A stretch of 64,000 nucleotides of DNA from Clostridia bacterium (GTDB lineage Bacteria > Bacillota > Clostridia > Christensenellales > Aristaeellaceae). This document shows, one piece after another, positions 17,897 to 26,084 of the stretch. Positions within the stretch are counted from its first letter, which is position 1; each line of letters begins with the position of its first letter. The notes under the pieces were generated by a model. That model worked only from the letters and a program-made list of their open reading frames with translations, did not search any database and was not told where the DNA came from. The DNA is taken from NCBI GenBank assembly GCA_017473345.1, contig JAFULL010000042.1, forward strand, positions 1,159 through 65,158, read 5' to 3'. The translations under genes were made by a program, and so were the position numbers.

Positions 17897-18323
17897 CGTG
17901 GCAATCGCACTGAGCGTGCTGCTCAGTTTTGGGCTTTATGAGGCATTTGGTCTGCTGTGCGGCGGCATGGTATCCGCCGGTTATCTGTGCATGTTTTTTG
18001 AACAGCCGCTGCGCATCGTGACAACGCTGCTGCTGGCGGTCATTGTGTACGGGCTTACACGACTTATCTCGCGCTATGTCATTCTTTACGGCAGGCGGCG
18101 TTTCATGCTGGTGATCGTCCTCAGCCTGATTTTTGGCTGGGTGATCGAGCAGTTCCTGCTGGGCATTGCCGTCATTCCGCAGGACATCCGCATTATCGGC
18201 CACGTCGTTCCCGGCCTGATTGCCAATGACATGTACAAGCAGGGCGTACCGCGCACGCTGATGGGCGTGGTGCTCAGTGCAGGGCTGGTAAGACTGCTGA
18301 TCATGGCGGTGAGCGTGCTATGA
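17889..18323 (+). CDS. pgsC: Poly-gamma-glutamate biosynthesis membrane protein PgsC/CapC-like
   Basis: 144 aa and hydrophobic. Hallmark strings ILYGRRRF and VVPGLIAND match B. subtilis PgsC (ILYGRRKF, VPGLIAN). Overlaps pgsB by 8 nt. Confidence 0.8.
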   Translation: MYDVAIALSVLLSFGLYEAFGLLCGGMVSAGYLCMFFEQPLRIVTTLLLAVIVYGLTRLISRYVILYGRRRFMLVIVLSLIFGWVIEQFLLGIAVIPQDIRIIGHVVPGLIANDMYKQGVPRTLMGVVLSAGLVRLLIMAVSVL

Positions 18324-19387
18324 ACATGCCGAAATTTGGACGTAAAAGCTTTGCGTGCATGCTGCTGGCGGCGCTGGTGTGCCTGTGCGGCGTCACGCTG
18401 ACGCTGAAAAACGAAACGCGCGTGCGCCTGCCTTATGCCGACGTACAGCTGGCGGCGGCGCAGCGCATGGCAGATGCCGAAGCGGTGCTGCTGGATTATG
18501 TAACGCAGCATGGCATCGCCATTGAAAAGGACGACCTGAACCATACGGGGCTTATCGGCCCGGAGTGGACGGAGCTGACCACTTCATTGGGCATGACGGA
18601 GGCTAAGCGCACCTCGCTTCAGCCGGACTTTGCTGCGCTGATGGTGAAGTATTATCAGCAGGCGGGACTGCAAAGTGGCGACACCGTCTGCTGCGGCATG
18701 AGCGGCTCCTTCCCGGGGCTGAATCTGGCAGCTGTTTGTGCAGCCAATGCAATGGATCTGAATATTAAGGTCATTGCATCCTATGGTTCTTCCATGTACG
18801 GCGCAACGCGTATCGACATGACCATCGTCGACATTCTCAACATTGCCCGTGCGGCTGGTGTAATCAACTACGAAATGCTGGCAGTCTCACCCGGCGGCGA
18901 TGACGACAGGGGAGAGGGCATTCTGTTCCCGGAAACGCGAGAGATCATTGAGGGGCTGGCAGCAAAAGACGGATATATCTTCATTGATGAAGGCAATATA
19001 CCCGGGGCAGTGCAGCGACGTCTGGAACTGTTCGGCGATGATGTGGACTGCTTCGTCAACGTGGGTGGTGCAAGCGTGAACGTTGGCTCCAGCCCTTATA
19101 CGCTGAATTTTCCCAACGGGCTGGTGATGGATCCGCCTGTCATTCCGCAGGATCTGGACAGAGGGTTGACCTATGAGTACGCCGCCCGCAATGTGCCGGT
19201 GGTGCATATGCTCAATGTGCGCGGACTGGCGGAGGATAACGGGCTGCCGTTCGATCCGGTTCCGCTGACCAAACCTGGTCAAACCAATGTGTATTACACC
19301 ACCCATCAGTCGCCGTGGTATGCGATCGTAGCACTGGTGATTGCGGCGGCACTGCTGTGGGTGGGCTGGAGAAAGAAAAAAGCATAA
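18320..19387 (+). CDS. PGA-system-associated membrane protein (not PgsA/CapA-like); candidate 'poly-gamma-glutamate system protein' family
   Basis: ATGA overlap with pgsC. 355 aa with N-terminal and C-terminal TM helices around a large extracytoplasmic domain. I see no metallophosphatase-type motifs. The family assignment is from memory of gene context only. Confidence 0.6.
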   Translation: MNMPKFGRKSFACMLLAALVCLCGVTLTLKNETRVRLPYADVQLAAAQRMADAEAVLLDYVTQHGIAIEKDDLNHTGLIGPEWTELTTSLGMTEAKRTSLQPDFAALMVKYYQQAGLQSGDTVCCGMSGSFPGLNLAAVCAANAMDLNIKVIASYGSSMYGATRIDMTIVDILNIARAAGVINYEMLAVSPGGDDDRGEGILFPETREIIEGLAAKDGYIFIDEGNIPGAVQRRLELFGDDVDCFVNVGGASVNVGSSPYTLNFPNGLVMDPPVIPQDLDRGLTYEYAARNVPVVHMLNVRGLAEDNGLPFDPVPLTKPGQTNVYYTTHQSPWYAIVALVIAAALLWVGWRKKKA

Positions 19388-19390
19388 TCA

Positions 19391-19421
19391 AAAAGGACAG
19401 GAAGCGTGTTCCTGTCCTTTT
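19391..19421. terminator. Bidirectional terminator
   Basis: aaaaggacaggaa / ttcctgtcctttt with loop gcgtg, between convergent genes. Confidence 0.8.
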
Positions 19422-19431
19422 CAATGCGTTT

Positions 19432-20631
19432 TTATGGAGTATGCAGCGTGCCGTCCGGCAGGCGCATTTCCGTCCAGCGGGTGGGACCTTCCTTCGGGGG
19501 ATAGCTGGCAGCGGCTTTTTCATTGAATTCCACGCCGTGACCGGCAGCCTCGCTCAGCCACAGCGCACCGTCGCGACAGATGGGCAGACCCGGGAAGACC
19601 TCGGCAGAGGCGTCCGACAGACCGCTGTATTCCTGAATGCCAAAGGCGGGGGAGGCATAGTCCAGATGCGTCTGCACGGCGAGGGAGATGGGACTGGTGT
19701 CCAGCGGCGCATGCCATGCGGTACGCACGCCGTACTGTTCAGCCAGCATGGCGATCTTGCGCGCAGGGGTCAAACCGCCAACGGCGCTGAGATGACAGCG
19801 GATGAAATCCGCCCAGCGATTCTGGATCACCTGCTGCCATTCGAAGGGATGGGAGAACACCTCGCCGATGGCGATGGGCGTAACGCAGCTTTCACGCAGA
19901 CGGCCCAGCCACGAAAGATTTTCAGGCGAAAGGGGATCCTCCATAAAATACAGATGAAGCGGCTCCAGCTCTTTGGCCAGCACGATGGCGTCGGCAGGAT
20001 CCAGCCGCTCATGCGTGTCGGTGATCAGCTCTTTTTCATCGCCGTAGCGCTCGCGCAGCGCTTCCAGCAGGCTGACAATCGAACGCATATGTCGCTTGGG
20101 ATCATAGTGCTTGCATTCGTTTCGCAGGCACAGGTAGCTTTCATCACCACTTGGGCCGTCATAGTCGGAATAGGCCACGCGCAGGTATTTGAAGCCCTCG
20201 GCGACGGCCTTGTCCGTCTTTTCAAAAATGGCTTCCTGCGTGGCGGCGTTGCAGTGGCAGTACAGGTCGACCCGCTCACGGCACTTGCCGCCCAAAAGAT
20301 CATACAGCGGCATATTTGCCATTTTTCCCTTGATATCCCACAGCGCCATGTCGATGCCGGAAACAGCGCTGTTGAGCACAGGCCCGTTTCGCCAGTAGGC
20401 GTTGACAGTGAGCAGCTTCCAGATGTCCTCAATGCGGGATGCATCGCGTCCGATGAGGAAGGGGGCAAATTCCTCCTCGATCACTTGCTTTACCGCCTTC
20501 GCACGGTAGGCAAAGCTGGCGCAGCCCAGACCATACAGACCGGGCTGGTTGGTGTCCATACGCACAATTACGAGGTTCTGGCCGTCTGGCGCAGTCAGAA
20601 AAACGGATATCTTTTGAATGGTCACGTTCAT
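19432..20631 (-). CDS. Enolase-superfamily dehydratase (D-mannonate dehydratase ManD / RspA-like)
   Basis: 399 aa. The N-terminal capping and barrel pattern (..LYGLGCASFAYRAKAV..SGIDMALWDIKGKMANMPLYDLLGG) is typical of the ManD subgroup. AGGAGG lies 8 nt upstream. Confidence 0.75.
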   Translation of the reverse strand: MNVTIQKISVFLTAPDGQNLVIVRMDTNQPGLYGLGCASFAYRAKAVKQVIEEEFAPFLIGRDASRIEDIWKLLTVNAYWRNGPVLNSAVSGIDMALWDIKGKMANMPLYDLLGGKCRERVDLYCHCNAATQEAIFEKTDKAVAEGFKYLRVAYSDYDGPSGDESYLCLRNECKHYDPKRHMRSIVSLLEALRERYGDEKELITDTHERLDPADAIVLAKELEPLHLYFMEDPLSPENLSWLGRLRESCVTPIAIGEVFSHPFEWQQVIQNRWADFIRCHLSAVGGLTPARKIAMLAEQYGVRTAWHAPLDTSPISLAVQTHLDYASPAFGIQEYSGLSDASAEVFPGLPICRDGALWLSEAAGHGVEFNEKAAASYPPKEGPTRWTEMRLPDGTLHTP

Positions 20632-20712
20632 AGGGCATTCCTCCTGCAGATATTATAGCACAAATGCGGCTGCATGGAAGCTGTGAATCGGCAGTCAGGG
20701 CTGTATTTTGCA

Positions 20713-20741
20713 TTGATTTGTCAGGGCTGTTGGGCTATAAT
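20713..20741 (+). promoter_or_regulatory. Promoter of the sugar ABC operon
   Basis: TTGATT, 17 nt, TATAAT. The spacer contains the second copy of an 11-nt direct repeat. Confidence 0.55.
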
Positions 20742-20788
20742 CAAAATGCACGGCGTGTGCCGTATCTGGAACAAGGAAAGGGATCATC

Positions 20789-21886
20789 ATGAAGATCGTA
20801 CTGCAGAATCTGACGAAAAAGTTTCCCAACCGCAGCAAAACCGGCCCCAAAGAGGTCGTTGCGGTGAATGACTTTACCTTTGAAATTCCTGATGGCAAGC
20901 TCATCGGCTTGCTGGGCCCCTCCGGCTGCGGCAAATCCACCACGCTCAATCTGCTCTGCGGCCTTGAAAAGCCCACCAGCGGCAGCATTTTCTTTGGCGA
21001 TGACGACGTGACCAAAGTGCCCGCCGAGCGCCGCGGCGTTGGCTTTGTATTCCAGAACTATGCGCTGTATCCCCACCTGTCGGTGCGGCAGAACATCCGT
21101 TTCCCGCTGGAAAACCTCAAGGGCGATCAGAAGCTGAGCAAGCAGGAAATGAATGCCCGCGCTGAAGAGGCGTCTAAGCTTGTGCAGCTGGAAGGGCTGA
21201 TGGAGCGCAAGCCCAGCGAGCTTTCCGGCGGTCAGCAGCAGCGTGTGGCCATCGCCCGCGCGTTGGTCAAAACGCCACGCGTGCTGCTGCTTGACGAGCC
21301 GCTTTCCAACCTCGACGCGCGTCTGCGCCTGCAGACCCGCGAGGAGATTCGCCGCATCCAGCGTGAGACTGGCGTGACCACCATCTTTGTCACCCACGAT
21401 CAGGAAGAAGCCATGAGCATTTCCGACATGATCGTTGTGATGAGGGACGGCGTGATCCAGCAGATCGGACAGCCGCAGGAGGTTTACGACGAGCCGGACA
21501 ATTTGTTTGTGGCCAAGTTCCTTGGTACGCCGCCCATCAATGTATTTAAGGGCTATGTGAAGGGTGAAAAGCTGTTCATCGGCGACGAAGCTGTGCTGGA
21601 CGCCAAAGGCGTTGCTGATCAGGAAGTATGGGCCACCATCCGTCCCGAAGGCTTTGAACTGGATGAAAACGGCCCCTTCAGCTGCGCGCTCACCGGCGTG
21701 GAGGTCATGGGCCGCGATATCAGCGTGGTCGCCACGCATCCGCAGTGCGAAAACGTGACGGTGCGCGCTATCATCAGCTCGCGCAATAAAGTGGCTGTCG
21801 GTGCGCAGAGCGTGCGTTTCACCCTCGTGCCTGAAAAGGTGTTCCTGTTCGATCCTCAGACCGAAGAACGCATCTGCGTGCAGTGA
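20789..21886 (+). CDS. Sugar ABC transporter ATP-binding protein (MalK/UgpC/MsmX-like)
   Basis: Walker A GPSGCGKST, signature LSGGQQQR, Walker B LLLDEP, and a C-terminal TOBE-like domain. Confidence 0.85.
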   Translation: MKIVLQNLTKKFPNRSKTGPKEVVAVNDFTFEIPDGKLIGLLGPSGCGKSTTLNLLCGLEKPTSGSIFFGDDDVTKVPAERRGVGFVFQNYALYPHLSVRQNIRFPLENLKGDQKLSKQEMNARAEEASKLVQLEGLMERKPSELSGGQQQRVAIARALVKTPRVLLLDEPLSNLDARLRLQTREEIRRIQRETGVTTIFVTHDQEEAMSISDMIVVMRDGVIQQIGQPQEVYDEPDNLFVAKFLGTPPINVFKGYVKGEKLFIGDEAVLDAKGVADQEVWATIRPEGFELDENGPFSCALTGVEVMGRDISVVATHPQCENVTVRAIISSRNKVAVGAQSVRFTLVPEKVFLFDPQTEERICVQ

Positions 21887-21901
21887 TCCGGGAGGCGCAA
21901 A

Positions 21902-22795
21902 ATGGACAACCGTAATTGGAAGGGATGGCTGTACCTGTTGCCTGCCATCCTGTTTCTGGGTATCTTTATGGTATACCCCCTCATCGACGTGCTGATCTAC
22001 TCGTTTGAGGAAAGCTATAACTTCGCTTCGCAGACCTATCAGGGCGTGGGATCGTACAACTATTCCTATGTGCTGCATGATCCCTATTTCCTGCAGGCGG
22101 TCAAGAACACATTCGTACTGGTCATTTTCACTGTGCCCATCTCCACGGGCATCGCGCTGCTGATCTCGGTGGGTCTTAACTCCATCAAGGCGCTGAAGAA
22201 CCTGTATCAGACCATCTATTTCCTGCCCTACGTGACCAACACGCTGGCGGTGGGCCTGGTGTTTATGATCCTGTTCAAAAAGACACCATATACGGACGGC
22301 CTTGCCAACCTGATCATCAGCTGGTTTGGCGTGCAGCCTGTTGACTTTATCGACGGCCCCTACTGGGCCAAGATGTTCGTGCTGTGCTTCTACACCATCT
22401 GGGTCGTCATGCCGTTTAAGATCCTCATCTTTACCAGCGCTCTGGCCTCTGTCAATCAGGACTACTACAAGGCCGCCAAGGTGGATGGCACCTCCCGCTG
22501 GCGTACGTTTGCCCGCATCACCCTGCCTATGATTTCGCCCACGGTGTTTTACCTGATCATCACGGGCTTTATCGGCGCGTTCAAGGCGTACAGCGATGCT
22601 GTGGCGCTGTTTGGCACCAACCTCAATGCCGCCGGTATGAACACCATCGTTGGCTATGTGTACGACATGCTCTACGGCAGCAGCGGCGGTTATCCCAGCT
22701 ATGCGTCGGCTGCGGCCATCATCCTGTTTGCAATCGTACTGACCATCACGTGCATCAACCTGCTCGTCAGCCGCAAGCACGTGCATTATTCGTGA
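21902..22795 (+). CDS. Carbohydrate ABC transporter permease (MalF-like)
   Basis: 297 aa with 6 hydrophobic segments. EAA-type loop (KAAKVDGTSRWRTFARITLPM). Confidence 0.85.
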   Translation: MDNRNWKGWLYLLPAILFLGIFMVYPLIDVLIYSFEESYNFASQTYQGVGSYNYSYVLHDPYFLQAVKNTFVLVIFTVPISTGIALLISVGLNSIKALKNLYQTIYFLPYVTNTLAVGLVFMILFKKTPYTDGLANLIISWFGVQPVDFIDGPYWAKMFVLCFYTIWVVMPFKILIFTSALASVNQDYYKAAKVDGTSRWRTFARITLPMISPTVFYLIITGFIGAFKAYSDAVALFGTNLNAAGMNTIVGYVYDMLYGSSGGYPSYASAAAIILFAIVLTITCINLLVSRKHVHYS

Positions 22796-22805
22796 GGTGC
22801 CGCCG

Positions 22806-23681
22806 ATGAAAAAGCCTTATGATTATGAAATGGTTGAACAGTCTGCTCTGCGCCGTCAGAAGACGAGAAACGCTGTGATTTACTCGCTGCTGACGGTATG
22901 GGCCATCATGGTGCTGTTCCCGTTCTACTGGATGATCCTCACCAGCGTCAAGGGCTATGGCGCGTACAACTCCGAGTTTGTACCGCAGCTGTATACGCTG
23001 TCGCCCACGCTGCAAAACTATGCCGACGCCTTCACCACGGTGCCGCTGGGCCGTTACTTTACCAACACCATTATCTTCACGGTTGTGACCACGGCTATCA
23101 TGATGGTGGTGACGGTGCTGGCTGCCTTTGCTTTTGCACGGCTCAACTTCCGGGGCAAGAATGCGGCGTTTGTCATCTTCCTCAGCCTGATGATGATCCC
23201 CAACGAGCTGGTGGTCATCACCAACTTTGTGACCATCACCAACATGGATCTGCGCAACACCTTCATGGGCCTGATTCTGCCGTCGGTCACGTCGGTATTC
23301 TACATCTACCTGCTGAAGGAGAACTTTGCGCAGATCCCGGATGAACTGTATTACGCCGCTAAGGTAGACGCAACATCCGACTTCAAGTACCTGTGGAAGG
23401 TCATGATCCCCATCTGTCGCCCGACGCTGGTGACCATCACGATCCTCAAGGTGATCGAGTGCTGGAACTCCTACGTGTGGCCGCGCCTGATCACTGACGA
23501 CGCCAACTACTTTCTGGTGTCCAACGGCATTCAGGAGATCCGCGAAAACGGCTTTGGCCGTGAAAACATCCCGGCCATGATGGCTGCGGTCGTGGTCATT
23601 TCCGTGCCGCTGGTGGTGCTGTTCCTGATCTTCCACAAAAAGATCATGGAAGGCGTTGCGAGGGGAGGCACCAAGGGATGA
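22806..23681 (+). CDS. Carbohydrate ABC transporter permease (MalG-like)
   Basis: EAA-type loop (YAAKVDATSDFKYLWKVMIPI). Start taken at MKKPYDY, with GAGGTG upstream. Confidence 0.85.
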   Translation: MKKPYDYEMVEQSALRRQKTRNAVIYSLLTVWAIMVLFPFYWMILTSVKGYGAYNSEFVPQLYTLSPTLQNYADAFTTVPLGRYFTNTIIFTVVTTAIMMVVTVLAAFAFARLNFRGKNAAFVIFLSLMMIPNELVVITNFVTITNMDLRNTFMGLILPSVTSVFYIYLLKENFAQIPDELYYAAKVDATSDFKYLWKVMIPICRPTLVTITILKVIECWNSYVWPRLITDDANYFLVSNGIQEIRENGFGRENIPAMMAAVVVISVPLVVLFLIFHKKIMEGVARGGTKG

Positions 23682-25273
23682 AGAAAAAGCTGCTGCTTAT
23701 TGTATGCCTGCTGTCTGCCATGCTGCTTTTGACCGGCTGCCATGGCTCGCGTGATCAGAGCGCATTTGAAATGCCGGACCATTTTGATATATCGCGCGAT
23801 TACGAGATCACCTTCTGGGCCAAGAACGACACCAACCTCACGCAGGTGGCCATCTACGAAAACGCCATCGCCGGGTTTGAGGCGCTTTATCCCAATGTGA
23901 AGGTGAATCTGCGCCTGTATACCGACTACGGACGCATCTATAATGACGTAATTACCAATATCTCTACCGGTACCACGCCCAATGTTTGCATTACCTACCC
24001 CGACCACATCGCTACCTATCTGACGGGCGACAACTGCGTGGTTCCGCTGGACGGCCTGTTTGATGATGAAAAGTATGGTCTGGGCGGCAGCGAGGTACGC
24101 TTTGACGCACCGTCGAAGGATGAAATCATTCCCAAGTTCCTGGAGGAATGCGCTTTCGACGGTCATCACTACGCCGTGCCTTATATGCGCTCTACTGAGG
24201 CCTGCTACATCAACAAAACCTTTGTGGAAAAGCTGGGTTACACCATTCCTGAAACGCTCACCTGGGATTTTGTGTGGGAAGTGGCGGAGGCGGCCACGGC
24301 TAAAGACGCCGACGGCAATTATCTGGTCAACGGTCAGAAGGTAATGATCCCGTTCATCTACAAGTCTACCGACAACATGATGATCCAGCTGCTCAGGCAG
24401 AAGGGCGCAGGCTACTCCACTGAAGATGGACAGGTGCTCATTTTCAATGACACCACGAAAGAGTTGCTTGGACAGATCTCCACCCACGCCAAAACCGGCG
24501 CATTTTCCACCTTCAAAATCTCCAGCTATCCGGCCAACTTCCTCAATGCCGGTCAGTGCATCTTTGCGCTCGATTCCAGCGCCGGTGCGACCTGGATGGG
24601 TTCGGATGCACCGCTGATCGACATCGCCGAAGACAAGCTGGTGCATTTTGAAACGGTCATCAAGCCCATTCCGCAGTATGATCCTGCCAATCCGCAGATG
24701 ATCTCGCAGGGTCCCAGTATGTGCGTGTTCAACAAGGACGATCCGCAGGAAGTGCTGGCGTCGTGGCTGTTCATGCAGTACATGCTCACCAACGACGTGC
24801 AGATCGCCTATGCCTGCACAGAGGGCTATGTGCCAGTCACGTCCAAGGCGCAGCAGAGTGCAGCGTATCAGGATTATCTCAGCCGCTGCGGCGAAGACAA
24901 CGACATGTATTACGACATCAAGATCAAGGCTTCGCAGCTGCTGCTGGACAATACGCACAATACTTTCGTCACGCCGGTATTCAACGGCTCAGCCTCCCTG
25001 CGTGACGCTGCGGGCGCCATGATCGAAGATGTAACAAAATCCACCCGCCGCAAGAAAGAAATCAACGACGAATACTTCACCAAGCTCTTTGAAAACATGA
25101 CGTCACTGTATCATCTGGATGCCACGAACGCGCTGTCGGGCGGCTCAAATGCTGATCTGGGGCCGCTTCCGGGCACGGCGAAGGCGCTGCTGGGCGCGCT
25201 GGCTGCCGCGTGGGCGCTGATCATCCTCTATGTGATCAAAGAAGCGCTGAAAGCCCGCCATCAGGCAAAGTGA
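23678..25273 (+). CDS. Extracellular solute-binding lipoprotein with an additional C-terminal hydrophobic anchor
   Basis: Lipobox LLLTGC|H. 531 aa and SBP-like. The C-terminus reads LPGTA, then a 19-aa hydrophobic stretch, then the basic tail KEALKARHQAK. ATGA overlap with the upstream permease. Confidence 0.75.
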   Translation: MKKKLLLIVCLLSAMLLLTGCHGSRDQSAFEMPDHFDISRDYEITFWAKNDTNLTQVAIYENAIAGFEALYPNVKVNLRLYTDYGRIYNDVITNISTGTTPNVCITYPDHIATYLTGDNCVVPLDGLFDDEKYGLGGSEVRFDAPSKDEIIPKFLEECAFDGHHYAVPYMRSTEACYINKTFVEKLGYTIPETLTWDFVWEVAEAATAKDADGNYLVNGQKVMIPFIYKSTDNMMIQLLRQKGAGYSTEDGQVLIFNDTTKELLGQISTHAKTGAFSTFKISSYPANFLNAGQCIFALDSSAGATWMGSDAPLIDIAEDKLVHFETVIKPIPQYDPANPQMISQGPSMCVFNKDDPQEVLASWLFMQYMLTNDVQIAYACTEGYVPVTSKAQQSAAYQDYLSRCGEDNDMYYDIKIKASQLLLDNTHNTFVTPVFNGSASLRDAAGAMIEDVTKSTRRKKEINDEYFTKLFENMTSLYHLDATNALSGGSNADLGPLPGTAKALLGALAAAWALIILYVIKEALKARHQAK

Positions 25274-25275
25274 TA

Positions 25276-25303
25276 TTGATTTCTGCGAAAATTGATGTAT
25301 AAT
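25276..25303 (+). promoter_or_regulatory. Candidate promoter for the lipoprotein gene
   Basis: TTGATT, 16 nt, TATAAT. Confidence 0.45.
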
Positions 25304-25345
25304 ATTCCTTGAACTCTGGAACAATGATTATGGAGGCGAATCAAC

Positions 25346-26032
25346 ATGAAAAAGTTTCTGGCTCTCATGATGACCCTGATGATGGTTCTGAGCATTGCTG
25401 GCTGCACCGTGGCCGAAGAAGCCAAGGTGATGACCTACGCCGAATACGACGCTGCTGAGATGGACGCTGAAGTCGTGATCGAAGCCTACGTGCAGGCTAC
25501 CCAGTCCTGGTGGGACAACAAGATCACCGTTTACGCCCAGGATCAGGACGGCGCTTACTTCCTGTATGAGATGGCCTGCTCCGAAGAGGACGCTGCCAAG
25601 CTGGTTCCCGGCACCAAGATCAAGGTGACCGGCTACAAGGGCCAGTGGGCCGGCGAAATCGAAGTGATGGACGCTACCTTCACCTTTGTTGAGGGCGCTG
25701 ACACCTTCATTGCTGAAGCCAAGGACGTGACCGAACTGCTGGGCACCGACGAGCTGATCAAGTCTCAGAACCAGCTGGTTGCTTTCAAGGGCCTGACCCT
25801 GGAAGCTGTTGAGTACAAGAACGGCGAACCCGGCGACGACATCTATGTCACCGTTTCCTACAACGGCCAGAACTACAGCTTCTGCGTGGAGCGCTACCTG
25901 ACCGGCCCTGACACCGAAGTGTACAAGGCCGTGGGCGAACTGAAGGTCGGCGACAAGATCGACGTCGAAGGCTTCCTGTACTGGTACGAGGGCGTCAACA
26001 CCCACATCACCTCTGTGGCTGTCGCTCAGTAA
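25346..26032 (+). CDS. Lipoprotein of unknown function (two OB-fold-like repeats by eye)
   Basis: Lipobox LSIAGC|T. GGAGG lies 9 nt upstream. Strong codon bias. I recognise no motif. Confidence 0.65.
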   Translation: MKKFLALMMTLMMVLSIAGCTVAEEAKVMTYAEYDAAEMDAEVVIEAYVQATQSWWDNKITVYAQDQDGAYFLYEMACSEEDAAKLVPGTKIKVTGYKGQWAGEIEVMDATFTFVEGADTFIAEAKDVTELLGTDELIKSQNQLVAFKGLTLEAVEYKNGEPGDDIYVTVSYNGQNYSFCVERYLTGPDTEVYKAVGELKVGDKIDVEGFLYWYEGVNTHITSVAVAQ

Positions 26033-26042
26033 TCCAAGCCAA

Positions 26043-26074
26043 AAAAGGACCGTCTCAAACGAGACGGTCCTTTT
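26043..26074. terminator. Bidirectional terminator
   Basis: aaaaggaccgtctc / gagacggtcctttt with loop aaac. Confidence 0.85.
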
Positions 26075-26084
26075 CATATGCCTT

